Shown here: positions 46,091-55,714 of the stretch, in pieces
How positions within the stretch are numbered: the stretch's first letter is position 1
Layout of the letters: every line of letters starts with the position of its first letter
Assembly (NCBI GenBank): GCA_963804645.1
Contig: CAWDRG010000005.1
Location: 1 to 64,000 of the forward strand
DNA from: an uncultured Bacillota bacterium
Lineage (GTDB): Bacteria; Sysuimicrobiota; Sysuimicrobiia; Sysuimicrobiales; Segetimicrobiaceae
DNA length: 64,000 bases
Direction: 5' to 3'
Position numbers and translations under genes: made by a program
Notes under the pieces: model-generated
The model's input: the letters and a program-made list of their open reading frames with translations, nothing else
What the model was told of the DNA's origin: nothing
Database searches by the model: none

Positions 46091-47214
46091 GCGCCCGCGG
46101 CCCCGCGCGGCCGGTCGAGGCCGAGGACGCCGGTGACCGTGTCCACGAACTGGTCAGCCAGAAACGGCCGGAACCGGTCGCTCGCGAGATAACGAGCTCC
46201 CGCCTCGAGGTAGTCCGCGTGCTCGCGCGCGCCCATCCCGGCGAGGTAGCGGGCCAGCTCCGCGTCGGAGCGAAACTGGCGCCGGTCCACGAACGACGCC
46301 GGATCGACGTAGTCGTCGATGTCCGGCGCGCCGAGATAGACCGGCACGCACTGCGCCCGCATGCAGTCGAAGATCTTGATCGACACGTACCCGGGCTGGT
46401 CGATCATGTTCTCGTAGCATACCCCGAACCGGTAGTGCGGGTACACGTCCCACTTGTGGCGGACGGTCCCGCGGTACGACGGGTACATCTCGCGCCGCAT
46501 CTTGGGGTCGCGGAGGCGCCGCCACAGGTAGTCCCGCAGGCTGGGGTTCCAGCCCTCCCCGTACAGGTCGAACGCCTCGGGGTGCTCGGTCTCGAAGAAC
46601 CGCACGAGCCGCCGCCGCTCGGTATAGAGCTCCCGCGGGTGGCCGGAGAACTTGTAGCCCGAGATGTCGACGAGCAGCTTCCGCGCCGCGAACGGGACCG
46701 GCTCGACGGCGGGAAACGTCGTCGGGTTCGGCAGGTAGATCCGGTGGTACCGCTTCCCGTCGACGAGCGTCGGATCCCACGTGAAGATGATCGGAAAGGA
46801 GGCGTGCAGCGCCCGGTCGTAGTTGCGCGGAAACACGCACGGCGGCTCGAACATGAACAGCACGAGCTTGTCGGTCATCCCCGCGCGCACGACGTCGCGG
46901 AACAGGTCCCGGGACGACTCCCCCCGCGCCCGCGCCTTCACCGCGTCCGTCAGGCGCGCGACCGGGCCCTGCGGGCCCGCGCGCCACGAGTCCCAGAACA
47001 CGATCCACGCGCAGTCCTCGAGCGGCTGCCCGTGCACCCCCTCGAACCGGTACCCGTAGGACGCGCACCGCTCCTGCAGCTGGATGTAGGGCTCGGTGAT
47101 GTGGTCGCGCGCGCGCGGGTCGAGCAGCGTGCCCTCGGCCGAGCCGCGCACGTGGTTCAGGATGTAGCGCGGCGCGGTCGCCGGCCGCGCCGCGCTACTC
47201 GCGCGCGTGCTCAC
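46087..47214 (-). CDS. Glycosyltransferase family 10 (fucosyltransferase-like)
   Basis: EPP, YRFGVCYEN...GYVSIKIFD..VPVYLG; adjacent to GDP-fucose genes. Confidence 0.85.
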   Translation of the reverse strand: MSTRASSAARPATAPRYILNHVRGSAEGTLLDPRARDHITEPYIQLQERCASYGYRFEGVHGQPLEDCAWIVFWDSWRAGPQGPVARLTDAVKARARGESSRDLFRDVVRAGMTDKLVLFMFEPPCVFPRNYDRALHASFPIIFTWDPTLVDGKRYHRIYLPNPTTFPAVEPVPFAARKLLVDISGYKFSGHPRELYTERRRLVRFFETEHPEAFDLYGEGWNPSLRDYLWRRLRDPKMRREMYPSYRGTVRHKWDVYPHYRFGVCYENMIDQPGYVSIKIFDCMRAQCVPVYLGAPDIDDYVDPASFVDRRQFRSDAELARYLAGMGAREHADYLEAGARYLASDRFRPFLADQFVDTVTGVLGLDRPRGAAGA

Positions 47215-48121
47215 GATACCAGCGCACGGTCCCGGCGAGCCCCTCGGCGAGCGCCGTCCGCGGCCGCCAGCCGAAGACCGCGTCGCACCGCTCGACGTCC
47301 ATCACCTTGTACGGCGCCCCGTCGGGCTGGGACGGGTCGAACGCAAGGCGCCCCCGATACCCGACCGCGTCGCGGATCATCTCCGCCAGCTCGCGGATCG
47401 ACACGCCGCTCCCGATGCCGATGTTGATCGGGTCGGGCGTGTGCGGAACCGCGGCCGCGCGCAGCATCGCCTCGACGCCGTCGTCGACGTACAGCCACTC
47501 CCGGACCGGGCGTCCGGAGCCCCAGACGACGACCTCCGGCTGGCCGAGGCGCTCGGCGCGGGCGATCCGCATCACGAGCGCGCCGAGCGCGTGGGAGCGC
47601 ACTTCGTCGAAATGGTCGCCCGGCCCGTACATGTTGGGCACCAGCAGGGTGATCGTCTCGAGCCCGTACTGGCGGTGGTACGCCCAGCTCTGCACGTAGC
47701 TGGCCTTGCGCACGAAGCCGTAGGCGAGGACGGACTCGTCGAGGGGCCCGTCCCACCACGCCTCCTCGCGGAACGCCCGGTCGAGGTCCCGCGGGTACGA
47801 GCAGTTGGAGATCGGGTTCACGATCCGGCGCACCCCGAACTCCCGCGCCAGCTCAAAGAGATGCGCGTTCATCAAGGCGTTGTGGTGGTAGATCTCGCCG
47901 GGGTGTGCCAGGCCGAACCGAATCCCGCCCACGAACGCGGCGGCGTGCAGCACGACGTCGATCCCCGGATGCGCCTCGAACACCGCGCGGAACTGCGCGG
48001 GATCCCGCAGGTCGGTGCCGAGCGACCGCGACACCGGCACGAACGCCACGCCGTCGGCGGTGAGGCGGCGGGCGATGCGCCCGCCGAGGAATCCCGTGGC
48101 GCCCAGCAGGAGCAGCGGCAT
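47195..48121 (-). CDS. GDP-L-fucose synthase-like epimerase/reductase
   Basis: AAFVGGI, SNCSYP, NMYGPGDHF, SHAL, VWGSGRPVREWLYVDD, PDG. Confidence 0.85.
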   Translation of the reverse strand: MPLLLLGATGFLGGRIARRLTADGVAFVPVSRSLGTDLRDPAQFRAVFEAHPGIDVVLHAAAFVGGIRFGLAHPGEIYHHNALMNAHLFELAREFGVRRIVNPISNCSYPRDLDRAFREEAWWDGPLDESVLAYGFVRKASYVQSWAYHRQYGLETITLLVPNMYGPGDHFDEVRSHALGALVMRIARAERLGQPEVVVWGSGRPVREWLYVDDGVEAMLRAAAVPHTPDPINIGIGSGVSIRELAEMIRDAVGYRGRLAFDPSQPDGAPYKVMDVERCDAVFGWRPRTALAEGLAGTVRWYREHARE

Positions 48122-48128
48122 GCGGCGC

Positions 48129-48662
48129 CTACCGGGCGCGCAGCCGCGTGTACTGGTCTTTTGTCATGGCCATCAAAATGTAGTCCCAGTAGCGGCCCTG
48201 GCGGTACAGGTACTCCGGGAAGCGTCCGGTCTCGACAAACCCCAGGCGGTCGTACAGGACGCGCGCGCGCTCGTTGAACGCGGCGACCCGGAGGTACACG
48301 AGATGCATGTTGTAGTGGAGAAAAAGGTACTCGAGCGCCATCCGGTAGCTCGCGGTGCCGAACCCGCGCCCGCGCAGGTCCGGGAGGATGTCGAGCCCGA
48401 TCTCGCAGTGCGCGTTCACCGAGTCGATGTGCTGCACGCGCAGCATGCCGATCACCTGGCCGGACGCGACCTCGACGAGGCTGAACCGCTTCTCGGTCGT
48501 CCGATTCGCGAGGCTCTTCCACCACTCGACCTGTTCGTCCGCGGAGGCCATGTCGACCGTGCCGAGCTGCAGCAGCGTGCTCATGTCGTTCCGGAGCTCG
48601 CGGAGACGCTCCAGATCCGCCTCCTCGATCGGGCGGAAGCCGACGTGCGCGTAGGTGTACAC
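48129..48662 (-). CDS. GNAT N-acetyltransferase (amino-sugar acetylation)
   Basis: RGRGFG, YLRVAAFNERA..LY..LGF; directly after an aminotransferase. Confidence 0.85.
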   Translation of the reverse strand: MYTYAHVGFRPIEEADLERLRELRNDMSTLLQLGTVDMASADEQVEWWKSLANRTTEKRFSLVEVASGQVIGMLRVQHIDSVNAHCEIGLDILPDLRGRGFGTASYRMALEYLFLHYNMHLVYLRVAAFNERARVLYDRLGFVETGRFPEYLYRQGRYWDYILMAMTKDQYTRLRAR

Positions 48663-48665
48663 GGG

Positions 48666-49826
48666 TCAGGCGCCGCGCGGCACCGCCGCGCGCGCCAGCA
48701 CGGTGCGCACGGCGGCCACGACGGCCCGCGCGTCCTCGTCCGACATCCCGGGAAACATCGGCAGCCGGACCAGGGCGTTGAAAAACGCGGTCGCGTTCGG
48801 GAACGCACCCTCCTCGAATTCGCAGATCTCCCGGTAGTACGGGTTGAGGTGCAGCGGGTGATAGTGGATGTTGGCCGCGATCCCCTCCGCGCGAAGGCCC
48901 TCGATCATCCGGTCCTTGAGCCCGGGCGGGACCAGGAGGTAGAACAGATGCCAGTTCGTCCGGGCGCCGTCGGTCGTGGCCGGCAGCCGGACGCCGTCGA
49001 GCCCCGCGAGCGCGTCCAGGTAGTACTCGGCGATCTCCGCGCGCCGCGCGTTCATGCGGTCGAGCTTGCGCAGCTGCGAGCGGCCCAAGGCCCCGAGCAG
49101 ATTCGACTGCACGTAGCTGTTCCCGCGGGCGACGTACTCGTAGTAGCCGGTCATCCCCGGGTTCGACAGGAACCGGTGCTTGTCGGTGCCCTTCTCGCGC
49201 GCGACGACGATGCGCTCGGCCAGCGCGTCGTCGTCGGTCGTGATCGCCCCGCCCTCACCGACGGCGAGGTTCTTCGTGCCGTGAAAACTGAGGCAGCTCA
49301 CGTCGCACAGCGTGCCGACCTTGCGCCCGCGGTACTCCGCGCCGATCGACTGCGCCGCGTCGTGCACGACGTACAGCCCGTGCCGGCGCGCGACCTCGAG
49401 CAGCGCGTCCATCTCCACCGGGTTCCCGGCGTAGTCCACCGGCACGATCGCGGACGTCTTCGGGGTGATGTGCGCCTCGATCCGCGCGACGTCGATGTTG
49501 CCGTTGTCGGCCCGCACGTCCACGAGCACCGGCCGAAGGCCGTTCAGGACGGCGCCGAGCGCCGACGACGTGAACGTGAAGTCGGGCACCAGCACCTCCG
49601 AGCCCGCCGGCAGCCCCTTGACTAAGAATGCCAGGTCGAGCGCGGCGGTGCACGAGGTCGTGAAGAACGCGTGCTTGACGCCGAGGTACGCGGCGAGCTC
49701 GCGCTCGAACGCCCGGCAGTCGGGCCCGTCACCGCTGACGTAGGTCGAGCGCAGCGCGCCGTCGACCGATCGAAAATCGTCCTCGTCGAACAGCGGCTCG
49801 GTCAGCGGCAGCATCCCGGTGCGCAC
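48666..49826 (-). CDS. DegT/DnrJ/EryC1/StrS aminotransferase (WecE-like)
   Basis: TSCTAAL, HDAAQ, SFHGTKN, GEGG, REKGT, HYHPLH. Confidence 0.92.
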   Translation of the reverse strand: MRTGMLPLTEPLFDEDDFRSVDGALRSTYVSGDGPDCRAFERELAAYLGVKHAFFTTSCTAALDLAFLVKGLPAGSEVLVPDFTFTSSALGAVLNGLRPVLVDVRADNGNIDVARIEAHITPKTSAIVPVDYAGNPVEMDALLEVARRHGLYVVHDAAQSIGAEYRGRKVGTLCDVSCLSFHGTKNLAVGEGGAITTDDDALAERIVVAREKGTDKHRFLSNPGMTGYYEYVARGNSYVQSNLLGALGRSQLRKLDRMNARRAEIAEYYLDALAGLDGVRLPATTDGARTNWHLFYLLVPPGLKDRMIEGLRAEGIAANIHYHPLHLNPYYREICEFEEGAFPNATAFFNALVRLPMFPGMSDEDARAVVAAVRTVLARAAVPRGA

Positions 49827-49860
49827 CTGTCGCCCTCCAGTCGACGCGCCGCCGCGGGGC

Positions 49861-50919
49861 TCAGGGAGAGACGGCACGGTCGTCCCAAAATCGTTGGGTC
49901 GGGAACTTCTGTTCAAGGATCTTCTTCCCTTCTCCGATCGGCGCCAGCCCGACGGCTTCCAGATCCGCGTCGACCATGATCCGCACCAGCTCGCGGAAGC
50001 GGATCCGGGGCTCCCAGCCCAACTGCGCCCGCGCCGCGGACGCGTCGGCGACGAGATTCGCGACGTCGAGCGGCCGCTCGTAGCGCGGATCGATCTCGAC
50101 GTGCTCCCGCCAGTCGCGCCCGACGTACGCGAACGCTTCCTCGATAAACTCGCGCACCGAGTGGGCCTCGCCGGTTCCGATCACGTAGTCCGCGGGCCGA
50201 TCCTGCTGCAGCATGAGCCACATCGCGTTCACGTACTCCGGGGCGAAGCCCCAGTCCCGGCGCGCGGCGAGGTTGCCGAGATACACGCGGCGGTCCAGTC
50301 CGGCCATGATGCGCGCGACGGCCCGGGTGATCTTGCGCGTCACGAACGTCTCCGATCTCCGCTGACTCTCGTGGTTGTACAGGATGCCGTTCACAGCGTA
50401 CAGCCCGTACCCTTCGCGGTACGTCGCGACCATCCAGTGCGCGTACACCTTGGCGACCGCGTAGGGGCTGCGCGGCATGAACGGGGTCCGCTCGCTCTGG
50501 GGCGCCGGGGCCGCGCCGAACATCTCGCTGCTCGACGCCTGGTAGAGCCGGGTCCGCACCCCGCTGCGCCGGATCGCCTCGAGGAGGCGGGTCGTGCCGA
50601 GCCCGGTGATGTCGCCCGTGTACTCCGGCATGTCGAAGCTGACCTTGACGTGACTCTGCGCGCCGAGGTGGTACACCTCGTCCGGGCGGACGTCGTACAT
50701 CAGGCTCGTAAGCTGCTCCCCGTTGGCCAGATCGCCGTAATGCCCGGACAGTCGCCGCTCGGGATCGTGCGGATCGCGGTACAGGTGCTCGATCCGCCGT
50801 GTGTTGAACGTCGACGCGCGCCGCACGAGCCCGTGCACCTCGTAGCCCTTGGAGAGCAGCAGCTCCGCGAGATACGAGCCGTCCTGCCCGGTCAGCCCGG
50901 TGATGACGGCGCGCTTCAT
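49861..50919 (-). CDS. gmd: GDP-mannose 4,6-dehydratase
   Basis: [45 protein letters not shown]. Confidence 0.96.
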   Translation of the reverse strand: MKRAVITGLTGQDGSYLAELLLSKGYEVHGLVRRASTFNTRRIEHLYRDPHDPERRLSGHYGDLANGEQLTSLMYDVRPDEVYHLGAQSHVKVSFDMPEYTGDITGLGTTRLLEAIRRSGVRTRLYQASSSEMFGAAPAPQSERTPFMPRSPYAVAKVYAHWMVATYREGYGLYAVNGILYNHESQRRSETFVTRKITRAVARIMAGLDRRVYLGNLAARRDWGFAPEYVNAMWLMLQQDRPADYVIGTGEAHSVREFIEEAFAYVGRDWREHVEIDPRYERPLDVANLVADASAARAQLGWEPRIRFRELVRIMVDADLEAVGLAPIGEGKKILEQKFPTQRFWDDRAVSP

Positions 50920-51896
50920 CGCGGTCCCCCCGCGTCCGCCGCGGACGCCTCCCCGGGACGCCGGGCGACCACCAGCAGGCTGGCGCCGAGCGGCGTGCCG
51001 ACGAGATGCCCGAGCGCGGTCAGCGCTTCCATGCCCGCGCGCTTGACGTGCCGGAGCGCGCCGTCGAACACCCCGACCGGCCCGCTGCGGACGGAGAGGA
51101 CCTCATAGCCCGTCGACGCCAGCACCATCCGGATCGTCTCCGCGGAGTAGTGCACCACGTGCTCGCCCACGCCGACCACGTCCCCGCGGGCGCCGCCGAG
51201 GGGCCGGAGCACCTTCGCCTTCCACAGCGCGTGCGGGCCGTTCGGCACGCCGAGGAGGAGATAGCCGCCGGGCTCCAGCACCTCGCGCACGGCGGTCAGC
51301 ATCTCCTTCGGGCGGGGGATGTGCTCCAGGACTTCCCACAGCGTGACGACCTGGAAGGTCAGCGGATGAAACGCGTCGACCGCGTCGCCGTGCCGAACGC
51401 TGAGGTGCAGCCCCTGCGCCCACGCGGCCTGCTCCGCCGACGCCTCGATGCCGTACCCGTCGTAGCCGTACGCGGCCGCGGCGCTCAGAAAGCCGCCCAT
51501 GCCGCACCCGACGTCGAGAATCCGCCAGCGTGCGCCGCCCGTGTTGAGGCGGTCGATGGCGCGGACGTGCGCCAGGTAGACGTTCATCTTGGAGGCCGCG
51601 GCAGCGCGGGCTTCCACGAACCAGTCCTGCCGCCGGATCGCGCCGTAGTACCGTCCGGACACCGGCGGGTCAGTGTACAGCAGGCGGCACCGGACGCACT
51701 GCACGACGCGCGCGCCGCCCTGCGTGAAGCGTGTCACCGGCCCCGGCGCGTCGCACACGGGGCAGCGGGCCCCCGCAGACGCAACCGCTCCGGCGGCGAC
51801 CGACGGCGTGCCGCCGGCCTCGGGCGGAGGCGCGGCGGCTACTTGAGCGCCTCCTGGGGGATCCGTCCGGCCTTCGCGAGCTGCCCGTGGATCCAC
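50916..51896 (-). CDS. Class I SAM-dependent methyltransferase with N-terminal Zn-ribbon; start uncertain
   Basis: [28 protein letters not shown]. Confidence 0.85.
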   Translation of the reverse strand: MDPRAAREGRTDPPGGAQVAAAPPPEAGGTPSVAAGAVASAGARCPVCDAPGPVTRFTQGGARVVQCVRCRLLYTDPPVSGRYYGAIRRQDWFVEARAAAASKMNVYLAHVRAIDRLNTGGARWRILDVGCGMGGFLSAAAAYGYDGYGIEASAEQAAWAQGLHLSVRHGDAVDAFHPLTFQVVTLWEVLEHIPRPKEMLTAVREVLEPGGYLLLGVPNGPHALWKAKVLRPLGGARGDVVGVGEHVVHYSAETIRMVLASTGYEVLSVRSGPVGVFDGALRHVKRAGMEALTALGHLVGTPLGASLLVVARRPGEASAADAGGPR

Positions 51897-52831
51897 CAGT
51901 AGGTGTCGGCCAACCCGTCCTCGAGCGAGACGGCGGGCTCCCAGTTCAGCACGCGGCGCAGCTTCGTGTTGTCGCTGTTCCGGCCGCGGACGCCCTGCGG
52001 CTTGGTGAGGTCGTGGCGCTTCGTGATCCGCTTCCCGGCGATCGCGGCGATCAGGTCGACCAGTTCATTGATCGACACCAGCCGGTCGGAGCCGAGGTTC
52101 GTCGGGGTGTGTTCGCCGGACTGCATCAGCCGGTAGATCCCCTCGACGCAGTCGTCGATGTAGCAGTAGGACCTGGTCTGCAGGCCGTCGCCCCACACCT
52201 CGATCTCGTCCCCGTCGCGGGCGAGGGCGATCTTGCGGCAGAGCGCGGCCGGCGACTTCTCGCGGCCGCCGTCGTAGGTGCCGAGGGGGCCGTAGATGTT
52301 GTGGAAGCGGACGACGTGCGTGCTCAGGCCGTAGTCCTCGAGGTAGTGCCGGCACTGGCGCTCCGTGAACAGCTTCTCCCACCCGTAGCCGTCCTCCGCG
52401 TCCGCGGGATAGGCGTCCTCCTCGCGCAGCGGCGTGACGTCGGCGTCGTGCTGCCGGTAGCCCGGATACACGCACGCCGAGGACGTGAACAGAAACTGCC
52501 GGACGCCGTGCGCCCGGGCCGCTTCGAGCATGTGGAGGTTGATCAGGCCGCTGTCATGCATGATCTCGGCCTTGTAGTCGGTGATGAAGCCGATGCCACC
52601 CATGTTCGCGGCGAGATGATAGCAGATATCGATGTCCTGCGTCGCCGCGAGGGTGTTGGGCCACCGGCGCAGGTCGAGCAGTTCGAACTCGTCCGCCTGC
52701 GTCGGCTCGTACTCCGGATACTTCAGGTCGACGCCCCGGACCCAGTACCCCCGCCGCTTGAGCGACGTGACCAGGTGATGGCCGATGAACCCGCCCGCCC
52801 CCGTGACCAGCGTCCGCTGTCGTTCCCCCAT
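51839..52831 (-). CDS. NAD-dependent epimerase (GDP-mannose 3,5-epimerase-like)
   Basis: HLAANMGGIGFI, SSACVYP, YGWEK, RFHNIYGP, EKSPAALCRK, GVRGRNSDN. Confidence 0.9.
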   Translation of the reverse strand: MGERQRTLVTGAGGFIGHHLVTSLKRRGYWVRGVDLKYPEYEPTQADEFELLDLRRWPNTLAATQDIDICYHLAANMGGIGFITDYKAEIMHDSGLINLHMLEAARAHGVRQFLFTSSACVYPGYRQHDADVTPLREEDAYPADAEDGYGWEKLFTERQCRHYLEDYGLSTHVVRFHNIYGPLGTYDGGREKSPAALCRKIALARDGDEIEVWGDGLQTRSYCYIDDCVEGIYRLMQSGEHTPTNLGSDRLVSINELVDLIAAIAGKRITKRHDLTKPQGVRGRNSDNTKLRRVLNWEPAVSLEDGLADTYWWIHGQLAKAGRIPQEALK

Positions 52832-52916
52832 CGTCTCCTCCGCCCCGCCCCCCGCCGGCGCCAGCCGGCACGCCCTGCGCGGTCCGTGCGAACCCACGTT
52901 CGCCGGACGCGGCCTT

Positions 52917-52925
52917 ATCATAACA
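52917..52925 (-). promoter_or_regulatory. Extended -10 internal promoter
   Basis: TG-T-TATGAT in the intergenic gap before the epimerase. Confidence 0.45.
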
Positions 52926-52966
52926 GACGCTCAACCGGCCGCACCACCGTACAGAAGTCCCAGACG

Positions 52967-54427
52967 CTAGGGGGCGCTCCCGGCGGCGCGTCCCAAGAGC
53001 CGCGTCGCGGCGATCGCGATGGCGGCGTAGAGGAGCCCGCCGACGAGCACGCCCGCGGCCGCGCCGACCCGTCCGTGGGGGGCCGCGAGCAGCACCGCCA
53101 GCATCGCGCCGCCGGCCACCACCGCGACCAGCGCGGTCCGCACGAGCTCGGGCGGGGCGACCGGGACCGACGCGCCGCGCGCGGTCAGGACGATGCACAG
53201 CGCGCACATGACCGCCTGCGACAGCACGGTCCCGAGCGCGACGCCGTACAGCCCCATCCCGGGCACGAGGAGGAAGTTCAGGGCGACGTGCGTCCCGGTC
53301 GACACGAGGCCCGCGGCGAAGACCTCACGCTGACGGTCCACGACGAGCAGCGCGATGTAAAAGAGATTTTGGAGATAGGTGATGAGCGCGGCGGCGACCA
53401 GGATCCTGAGCGTCAGCACCGCGGGCGCGAACCCCGCCGGGTACAGGACGTCGATGATCGCGGGGGCGTCCACAAACACGATGAGCGAGATCATGAGCGA
53501 CAGGAGCACGGTGCCGCGCGCCCACGCCGTCCAGTAGCGGATGAAGCGATCGGGCGCGGTCTGCTGCGCCTCCGCCAGCGCCGGGAAGATCGCCGCGGTG
53601 GCGAGCGCCATCGGAAACAGGAGCACGCCGTAGATTTTGTCCGCGGCGCTGTACCAGCCGATCTGCGCGAGCCGGCCGAGATAGCCGAGCGTCACGGGGC
53701 CGATGTTCCCGTTCAGGTCGCCGGTGACGCGCAGCAGCGCGAGGAACAGTCCGATCGCCAGGTACTCCCGCCAGGCGGGCAGGTTGATCCGCGGCCGCAG
53801 CGACCCCGCCGCGCCGCCGGCCCGCAGCACGAACACCGCGGCGCCGATCACGGTCAGGGCAATCGCCGCGACGTAGGCGATCGCCACGCTCAGCACCGTC
53901 GGAAACGCGGTCGTGAGCCCGACCACGAGCACGACGAGGCACACGATGTATCCGAGGCGGAAGCCGGCCTCGACCTCCATCCGCTGCCGCGCGCGGAACA
54001 GCGCGGAGAAGAAATTCGCGAGCTCCAGCAGCGCCACGTAGAACGCCAGGAGAAAGATCATCCGGCGCACGAGGGGGTCGTGGGTGATCAGCGCCCCGCA
54101 CAGCCAGACCACCGCGATGCCGCCGACGCCGAGGGCGAGCTTGAGGGTCAGGAGATCCCCGAAGTGGCGCTCCCGCAGGCGGTCGCCCGCGAACTGGCGC
54201 GTGATCGTCGTCGCGAGCCCCATGTCAAACAAGGCGCCGAACAGCGAGACGAACGAGAACGCGTAGCCGAACACGCCGTACGTCGTCGCCCCGAACTTCC
54301 GGATCACGTACACGGTGAGGATGAAGTCGCCGAGCCCGGCGAGGGCGCTCGCGACCCCGAGCCACAGGGTGTTCTTGGCGATCACCTGGCCCCGCGAGGT
54401 TTGGCGGAGCAGCTGGACGAGGTTCAC
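52967..54427 (-). CDS. wzx: Polysaccharide flippase (Wzx/MOP family)
   Basis: IAKNTLW, DMGL, GWYSAA; about 14 TM segments. Confidence 0.9.
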   Translation of the reverse strand: MNLVQLLRQTSRGQVIAKNTLWLGVASALAGLGDFILTVYVIRKFGATTYGVFGYAFSFVSLFGALFDMGLATTITRQFAGDRLRERHFGDLLTLKLALGVGGIAVVWLCGALITHDPLVRRMIFLLAFYVALLELANFFSALFRARQRMEVEAGFRLGYIVCLVVLVVGLTTAFPTVLSVAIAYVAAIALTVIGAAVFVLRAGGAAGSLRPRINLPAWREYLAIGLFLALLRVTGDLNGNIGPVTLGYLGRLAQIGWYSAADKIYGVLLFPMALATAAIFPALAEAQQTAPDRFIRYWTAWARGTVLLSLMISLIVFVDAPAIIDVLYPAGFAPAVLTLRILVAAALITYLQNLFYIALLVVDRQREVFAAGLVSTGTHVALNFLLVPGMGLYGVALGTVLSQAVMCALCIVLTARGASVPVAPPELVRTALVAVVAGGAMLAVLLAAPHGRVGAAAGVLVGGLLYAAIAIAATRLLGRAAGSAP

Positions 54428-55668
54428 GAGGCCGGCGGCGCGGGTGCGGCGAGCTCCGCGATCAGGTCGACGACGCGCTGCGCGAGGGAATCCCAGGAGT
54501 TGGCCTGGGCGAGGGCCGCGCCATGGGCCGCCATCGCGTCCCGCGCGGCCGGGGACAGCGCGAGGAACCGTCCGATCGCGTCGGCCAGCGACGCCGCGTC
54601 TTCCGGCTCCGCCAAGAGGCCGAGCCCGTGCCGCGCCACCAGCTGCCCCATCTCCGACACGTTCGTGGCGATCACCGGGCGCCCGTAGGTGCAGGCTCCC
54701 TTCACCAGCGGGCCGCTGCCGCCGGTGTACGCCTTCGTGTAGGGCAGCACCAGCGCATCGGCGGCGGCGAAATACGCCGGCACGTCCTCGTCTGGCACGT
54801 ACCCGAGCCGCAGATTGACGCGCGCGCCGACCTCACGCCGGGCGACCATCACCTCGATCTCGTCCGCCGTATACTCCATCGGCCAGCCCGCCACGACGAG
54901 GTGGAACGGCTCGTCGCGGAGGCTCCGTACCGCGTCCAGCAGATACTCAATCCCCTTATCGCGCCGCAGCACGCCGAAGAACAAGAGCAGCGTACCCTCG
55001 GCCGGCAGGCCGAGCCGCGCCCGGGCTGCCTCCCGGGTCGGCACCGCCGCGGCGACGTCGCCGCCGTCCGGCACGATCCCGATCGGAAAATCGGGGGACA
55101 GCCGGAGCTGCTCCCGCAGGCGGTCCCGATGCCACTCGCCAAGCACGGCGAGCGCCCGGACGCCGCCCGAGGTCAGCGCCGCCCGGAACACCTCGCGCTG
55201 CACCACCTTGTAGCCTTTCTTGAAGACGGAGCCGGGATACGCGCCGAACGAGAAGTTGGCCGCCCAGGGAAACATGATGACCGGCGGCAACCAGCGCCGG
55301 TTCCACCAGAACAGGAGCGACGCCGTCATGAACTCCACGTCGAACACGGCGACCCCGTCAAACACCGCCGCGCGGCACAGGCGGATGGCGGCCGCGGTGA
55401 CCGCGGCGCTGTTCCGATAGTAGCCCCAGTAGTAGTACAGCGGCGCGCGGCCGATCGCGTCGTCGAACCGCTCGAACGCGAGGCGGCCGTCCCCCACCTC
55501 GACCACCGTGAACCGCGGCGGAACCGCCAGGTACCGGGAGGGATCCAGACGGTTCGTGCACAGCGTGACGTCGTGCCCCCGCTCGCCGATCGCCTGGCAC
55601 AGCTTGCTCGTGTAGAGCCCGTAGTGCCCGCGCTTGTCCCCGGTGGGCTGCACGATCAGGATGCGCAT
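54424..55668 (-). CDS. Glycosyltransferase family 4
   Basis: FFGVLRRDKG, YFAAADALVLPY, SG, PVIAT. Confidence 0.9.
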   Translation of the reverse strand: MRILIVQPTGDKRGHYGLYTSKLCQAIGERGHDVTLCTNRLDPSRYLAVPPRFTVVEVGDGRLAFERFDDAIGRAPLYYYWGYYRNSAAVTAAAIRLCRAAVFDGVAVFDVEFMTASLLFWWNRRWLPPVIMFPWAANFSFGAYPGSVFKKGYKVVQREVFRAALTSGGVRALAVLGEWHRDRLREQLRLSPDFPIGIVPDGGDVAAAVPTREAARARLGLPAEGTLLLFFGVLRRDKGIEYLLDAVRSLRDEPFHLVVAGWPMEYTADEIEVMVARREVGARVNLRLGYVPDEDVPAYFAAADALVLPYTKAYTGGSGPLVKGACTYGRPVIATNVSEMGQLVARHGLGLLAEPEDAASLADAIGRFLALSPAARDAMAAHGAALAQANSWDSLAQRVVDLIAELAAPAPPAS

Positions 55669-55714
55669 CGAGGATTCAGCGCCGCGGGCGGCCCGTCATC
55701 CGCCCGATCCGGCG

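Noticed and set aside
51731..54688. Very long antisense ORFs (985 aa here; also 672-2591, 4466-6868, 14967-17066, 24593-26557)
   Set aside because: Shadow frames of real genes in high-GC DNA; Arg/Pro/Ala-rich with no motifs.
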